Shown piece by piece: positions 60,494 through 64,000 of a stretch of DNA of 64,000 nt. Numbering within the stretch: position 1 is the first letter of the stretch; every line of letters starts with the position of its first letter. The position numbers and the translations under genes were made by a program. The notes under the pieces are model-generated. The model searched no databases. It was not told where the DNA came from and worked only from the letters and a program-made list of their open reading frames with translations. Source of the stretch: Candidatus Omnitrophota bacterium (GTDB taxonomy: Bacteria; Omnitrophota; Gorgyraeia; Gygaellales; Gygaellaceae); NCBI GenBank assembly GCA_018400015.1, contig JAGYNB010000001.1, positions 134,815-198,814 on the forward strand, given 5' to 3'.

Positions 60494-61819
60494 ATGGGTA
60501 GAAAGCCGCTTGATATGACAAAATTAGTAAAGAATTTGGTGGATACTGACGATATTAACGAAAAGAAAAGAATTTCCAAAAAAATAAAAGATATTGCTTA
60601 TAAAAATGGTGTATATCCTGCAAGCATACATGATTTTTATATAGCAAGAGGAAGAAAAGAGTATGAAGGTTTTACTGTTCCGGCAGTAAATATAAGAAGT
60701 TTAACATATGATTTGGCCCGAGCGATGTTTAGAGTCGCAAAAAGAAATAATTCCGCAGCGTTTATATTTGAGATCGCAAAGTCGGAAATGGGTTATACTG
60801 CTCAGCCGCCGGTTGAATATTCCGCTGTTATTTTAGCTGCTGCTGTTAAAGAGGGTTATGAGGGGCCTGTATTTATCCAGGGAGACCACTTCCAGGCAAA
60901 TGCCAAAAAGTATCAGGAAGATTCAGAGAAAGAAATCGAAGTCCTGAAAGCATTGATACAAGATTCTATCAACAACGGTTTTTATAATATTGATATTGAT
61001 TCATCAACCTTAGTTGATTTATCAAAATCAAGCATTAAAAAACAACAGTTTGCAAATTATGAAGTCTGTGCAAAGCTTACGCAGTTTATTAGACGTATTC
61101 AGCCTAGAGGAATTAACGTGTCCGTAGGCGGTGAAATCGGTGAAGTGGGACAGAAAAACTCAACACCTGAAGATTTGCGCGCTTTTATGGAAGGTTTTAA
61201 TGAGCGCTTAAGAAAAGGTCTTACAGGGATAAGTAAGATTTCCGTACAGACCGGAACTTCTCATGGCGGTGTTGTTTTACCTGATGGTTCCATTGCCCAA
61301 GTTAAGCTTGATTTCGAGACTCTTAAAAATCTATCTGAAATTGCCAGAAACGAATTCGGCATGGCCGGAGCAGTTCAACATGGCGCATCGACTTTACCGG
61401 AAGATGCATTCCATAAGTTCGCGGAGTGTGAAGCTGCAGAAGTGCATTTGGCGACTCATTTTCAGAATATGATTTTCGACAGCAAGCATTTTCCAGAACA
61501 GTTGAGAAATAAAATATATGCCTGGATAAAGGAAAATTTGGCTTCAGAAAATAAAGAGGGACAGACTGAAGAGCAGTTTATTTACAAGACTCGTAAGAAA
61601 GCTTTGGGGCCGTTTAAAAAAGAAATCATGGCTCTTGACGAATCAGTGAGGGATGCTATCAGCAAAGAAATTGAGACTAAGTTCGAATTCTTGTTTAAGA
61701 AACTCAATACAGTAAATAATGCTGATTTGGTAAAAAAATACACTACTTTAAAGCGTGTGATTAGTAGAAAGCAAGATCATGGAACTGAGATCGTTCACGA
61801 CGGTGAAGGTGATGATTAA
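60494..61819 (+). CDS. Class II fructose-bisphosphate aldolase family protein (long form)
   Basis: QGDH, DIDSS, GGEIG, GTSHG, VQHGAS metal-binding motifs; follows pfkA. Confidence 0.85.
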   Translation: MGRKPLDMTKLVKNLVDTDDINEKKRISKKIKDIAYKNGVYPASIHDFYIARGRKEYEGFTVPAVNIRSLTYDLARAMFRVAKRNNSAAFIFEIAKSEMGYTAQPPVEYSAVILAAAVKEGYEGPVFIQGDHFQANAKKYQEDSEKEIEVLKALIQDSINNGFYNIDIDSSTLVDLSKSSIKKQQFANYEVCAKLTQFIRRIQPRGINVSVGGEIGEVGQKNSTPEDLRAFMEGFNERLRKGLTGISKISVQTGTSHGGVVLPDGSIAQVKLDFETLKNLSEIARNEFGMAGAVQHGASTLPEDAFHKFAECEAAEVHLATHFQNMIFDSKHFPEQLRNKIYAWIKENLASENKEGQTEEQFIYKTRKKALGPFKKEIMALDESVRDAISKEIETKFEFLFKKLNTVNNADLVKKYTTLKRVISRKQDHGTEIVHDGEGDD

Positions 61820-61883
61820 AAAGCACTGTAAAAATTTATATATAATGATATAATTTAAGTTAAGTAAATAAAAGGTAAATATT

Positions 61884-63548
61884 ATGAATGGTTCAGAGAT
61901 TTTGCTAGAGTGTTTAAAAAGAGAAGGCGTTGAAGTGATATTCGGTTATCCAGGAGGTTCTGTTTTGCCTCTTTTTGATAAATTATATGAATCGGATATC
62001 AGGTTTATTTTAACGCGGCATGAACAGGGTGCAGCGCATGCAGCAGACGGTTATGCACGTGCAACCGGTAAGGTGGGGGTTTGTATTGCTACATCAGGAC
62101 CTGGTGCAACTAATTTGGTTACAGGTATAGCCACAGCACATATGGATTCTATTCCCATGATAGCGATAACCGGACAGGTAAAGACTTTTCTAATCGGTAA
62201 TGATGCTTTTCAGGAAGCGGATCTTACTGGTATAACACGTTCAATAACAAAACATAATTATCTGGTTAAAGATACAAAGGAATTGGCCAGTACTATCCGA
62301 GAAGCTTTTCATATTGCTTCAACCGGAAGGCCGGGTCCGGTTTTGATTGATATTCCTGTGGACGTGCAAATTGGAGAATCTGATTTTATTTGGCCGGAAG
62401 AAGTGAATATGAGAAGTTATCAGCCGACATTTTTTGGTCATCCTGGGCAGATTAAAAAGGCAGCTAGACTTATTTCAAAAGCCAAAAAGCCGGTTATTTA
62501 TGCCGGAGGCGGAATTATTATTTCCGGCGCAAGCCATGAATTGAAAACTTTTACCGAAAAACTTAAAGCCCCGTTGACATGGACGCTTATGGGAATCGGA
62601 GCGTTTCCTTCAGACCACGAGCTTTCTTTAGGGATGTTAGGGATGCATGGTACTGCCTATGCAAATCATGCGATTATGGAGTCAGATTTAATTATTGCCG
62701 TGGGAGCACGTTTCGATGACAGGGTTACGGGAAAAATCGATGAATTTGCGCCTCATGCAAAAATTATTCATATTGATATTGATCCGGCTTCAATCAGTAA
62801 AAATGTTAAAGTGGATATTCCAATCGTGGGAGATGCGAAAAATATTTTGGGGCAGCTTATTGAAGAGATAAAAACTCCTCCTAAGACGCTAGAATGGTTT
62901 AAAAGTATCGAGGCCTGGAAAAATAAACATCCAATGACTTATAAAGATAGTTCAAAGATAAAGCCTCAGTATGTTATTGAGCAGATCTATGAGGCAACTA
63001 ATGGGGAAGCGATAATCGCAACAGAAGTAGGACAAAATCAAATGTGGGCAGCGCAGTGGTATAATTATAAGTATCCGCGTACTTATATATCAAGCGGCGG
63101 ATTAGGCACTATGGGTTATGGTTTTCCTGCTGCAATGGGAGCTAAAGTTGGTTGCCCTGACAAAGAGGTGATTGATATAGCTGGTGACGGTTCAATTCAG
63201 ATGAATATTCAGGAACTCGCAACCTGTGTGTGCAATAAGATAAACGTCAAAATCGCAATCTTAAATAATGGTTATTTGGGCATGGTAAGACAATGGCAGG
63301 AATTGTTTTATAAGAAAAGATATTCTCATACCTGTATTTCCCATCCGGACTTTGTCAAACTTGCTGAGAGTTTTGGTGCTGTAGGTATATTAGTTGAGAA
63401 AAAAGAAGATGTGCGTCCGGCAATCGAAAAGTCGCTGAAGACTGATAATACAGTGCTGATTGATTTTAGAATTGACCCTGAGGAGAACGTGTTTCCTATG
63501 GTTCCTGCAGGACAAGCAATAAACAGAATGATAGGCGGTATGGCATAA
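61884..63548 (+). CDS. ilvB: Acetolactate synthase large subunit
   Basis: [46 protein letters not shown]. Confidence 0.97.
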   Translation: MNGSEILLECLKREGVEVIFGYPGGSVLPLFDKLYESDIRFILTRHEQGAAHAADGYARATGKVGVCIATSGPGATNLVTGIATAHMDSIPMIAITGQVKTFLIGNDAFQEADLTGITRSITKHNYLVKDTKELASTIREAFHIASTGRPGPVLIDIPVDVQIGESDFIWPEEVNMRSYQPTFFGHPGQIKKAARLISKAKKPVIYAGGGIIISGASHELKTFTEKLKAPLTWTLMGIGAFPSDHELSLGMLGMHGTAYANHAIMESDLIIAVGARFDDRVTGKIDEFAPHAKIIHIDIDPASISKNVKVDIPIVGDAKNILGQLIEEIKTPPKTLEWFKSIEAWKNKHPMTYKDSSKIKPQYVIEQIYEATNGEAIIATEVGQNQMWAAQWYNYKYPRTYISSGGLGTMGYGFPAAMGAKVGCPDKEVIDIAGDGSIQMNIQELATCVCNKINVKIAILNNGYLGMVRQWQELFYKKRYSHTCISHPDFVKLAESFGAVGILVEKKEDVRPAIEKSLKTDNTVLIDFRIDPEENVFPMVPAGQAINRMIGGMA

Positions 63549-64000
63549 TGAAACATACAATTTCAGCGTTGGTAGAAAATAAATTTGGTGTATTGGCGCG
63601 TATTTCCGGGCTTTTCAGTGCAAGAGGTTTTAACATAGATAGTCTTGCAGTAGGCGTAACCGAAGATCCGCAAGTATCGCGTATGACCATAGTGGTTAAT
63701 ACAAAAGACGAACGAATTCTAGAACAGATAAAGAAACAGCTTAATAAGCTGATCGATGTTATAACTGTAATTGATCTGACCAAAAGAGAATTTATTGGCA
63801 GGGAATTGGTTTTATTCAAGGTATCTTTGGATAAGATAAAAAAGACTAACTTGGCAAAGCTTATCAAGAGGGTTGAAGGCAAAATTATCAAAACAACCTC
63901 AAAAGAGGCAATTGTGGAACTTTCCGCCGAACAGGACGATATAAAAGAATTGTTTAATAAATTAAAAGATGCAGGTGTAAAGGAATTAACCCGCACAGGA
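63548..64000 (+). CDS. ilvN: Acetolactate synthase small subunit (runs off window end; absent from ORF track)
   Basis: TAATG overlap; [39 protein letters not shown] domain, EQIKKQLNKLIDV. Confidence 0.95.
   Translation, partial: MKHTISALVENKFGVLARISGLFSARGFNIDSLAVGVTEDPQVSRMTIVVNTKDERILEQIKKQLNKLIDVITVIDLTKREFIGRELVLFKVSLDKIKKTNLAKLIKRVEGKIIKTTSKEAIVELSAEQDDIKELFNKLKDAGVKELTRTG

Noticed and set aside
61820-61883. ilvB attenuator or T-box
   Set aside because: 64-bp AT-rich spacer with only promoter-like boxes; no leader peptide or hairpin

Overview
AT-rich, gene-dense bacterial chromosome segment (code 11, almost all on the + strand) from a diderm LPS-producing bacterium. Gene content and order would fit a PVC-affiliated lineage such as Omnitrophota; this is inference, not verified. 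In order: murJ tail, short uvrC, minimal MGMT, a motif-degenerate PilT/PilU ATPase, prfB (+1 frameshift), secA, lnt, purine and biotin uptake genes, a PilZ plus spermidine-synthase-like pair on the minus strand, patatin, hldD, a UvrD-family helicase and dusB. Next come a cobalamin riboswitch with btuBFCD-like uptake genes, a 10-gene cobO/siroheme/hem/ahb tetrapyrrole cassette lacking ahbD, mgtE and a GH161-like glucan phosphorylase. These are followed by an Lrp/aminotransferase/receiver/GAF-ANTAR/DUF1846/purF operon, lpxB and a gnnA-like gene divergent from msbA, rpsB-tsf-pyrH-frr, three tRNAs, PTS(Ntr) genes, metK, ahcY, pfkA, a class II aldolase and ilvBN. No mobile elements or CRISPR arrays were seen. 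The most notable items are two small basic peptides absent from the ORF track: a 28-aa bL37-like ribosomal protein and a stand-alone 27-aa Lys-rich histone-H1-like peptide with its own promoter and terminator. Also notable are the probable pseudo-ATPase PilT, a terminator inside the mgtE leader and several apparently leaderless transcription units. Family assignments come from motif recognition by eye; no searches were run.
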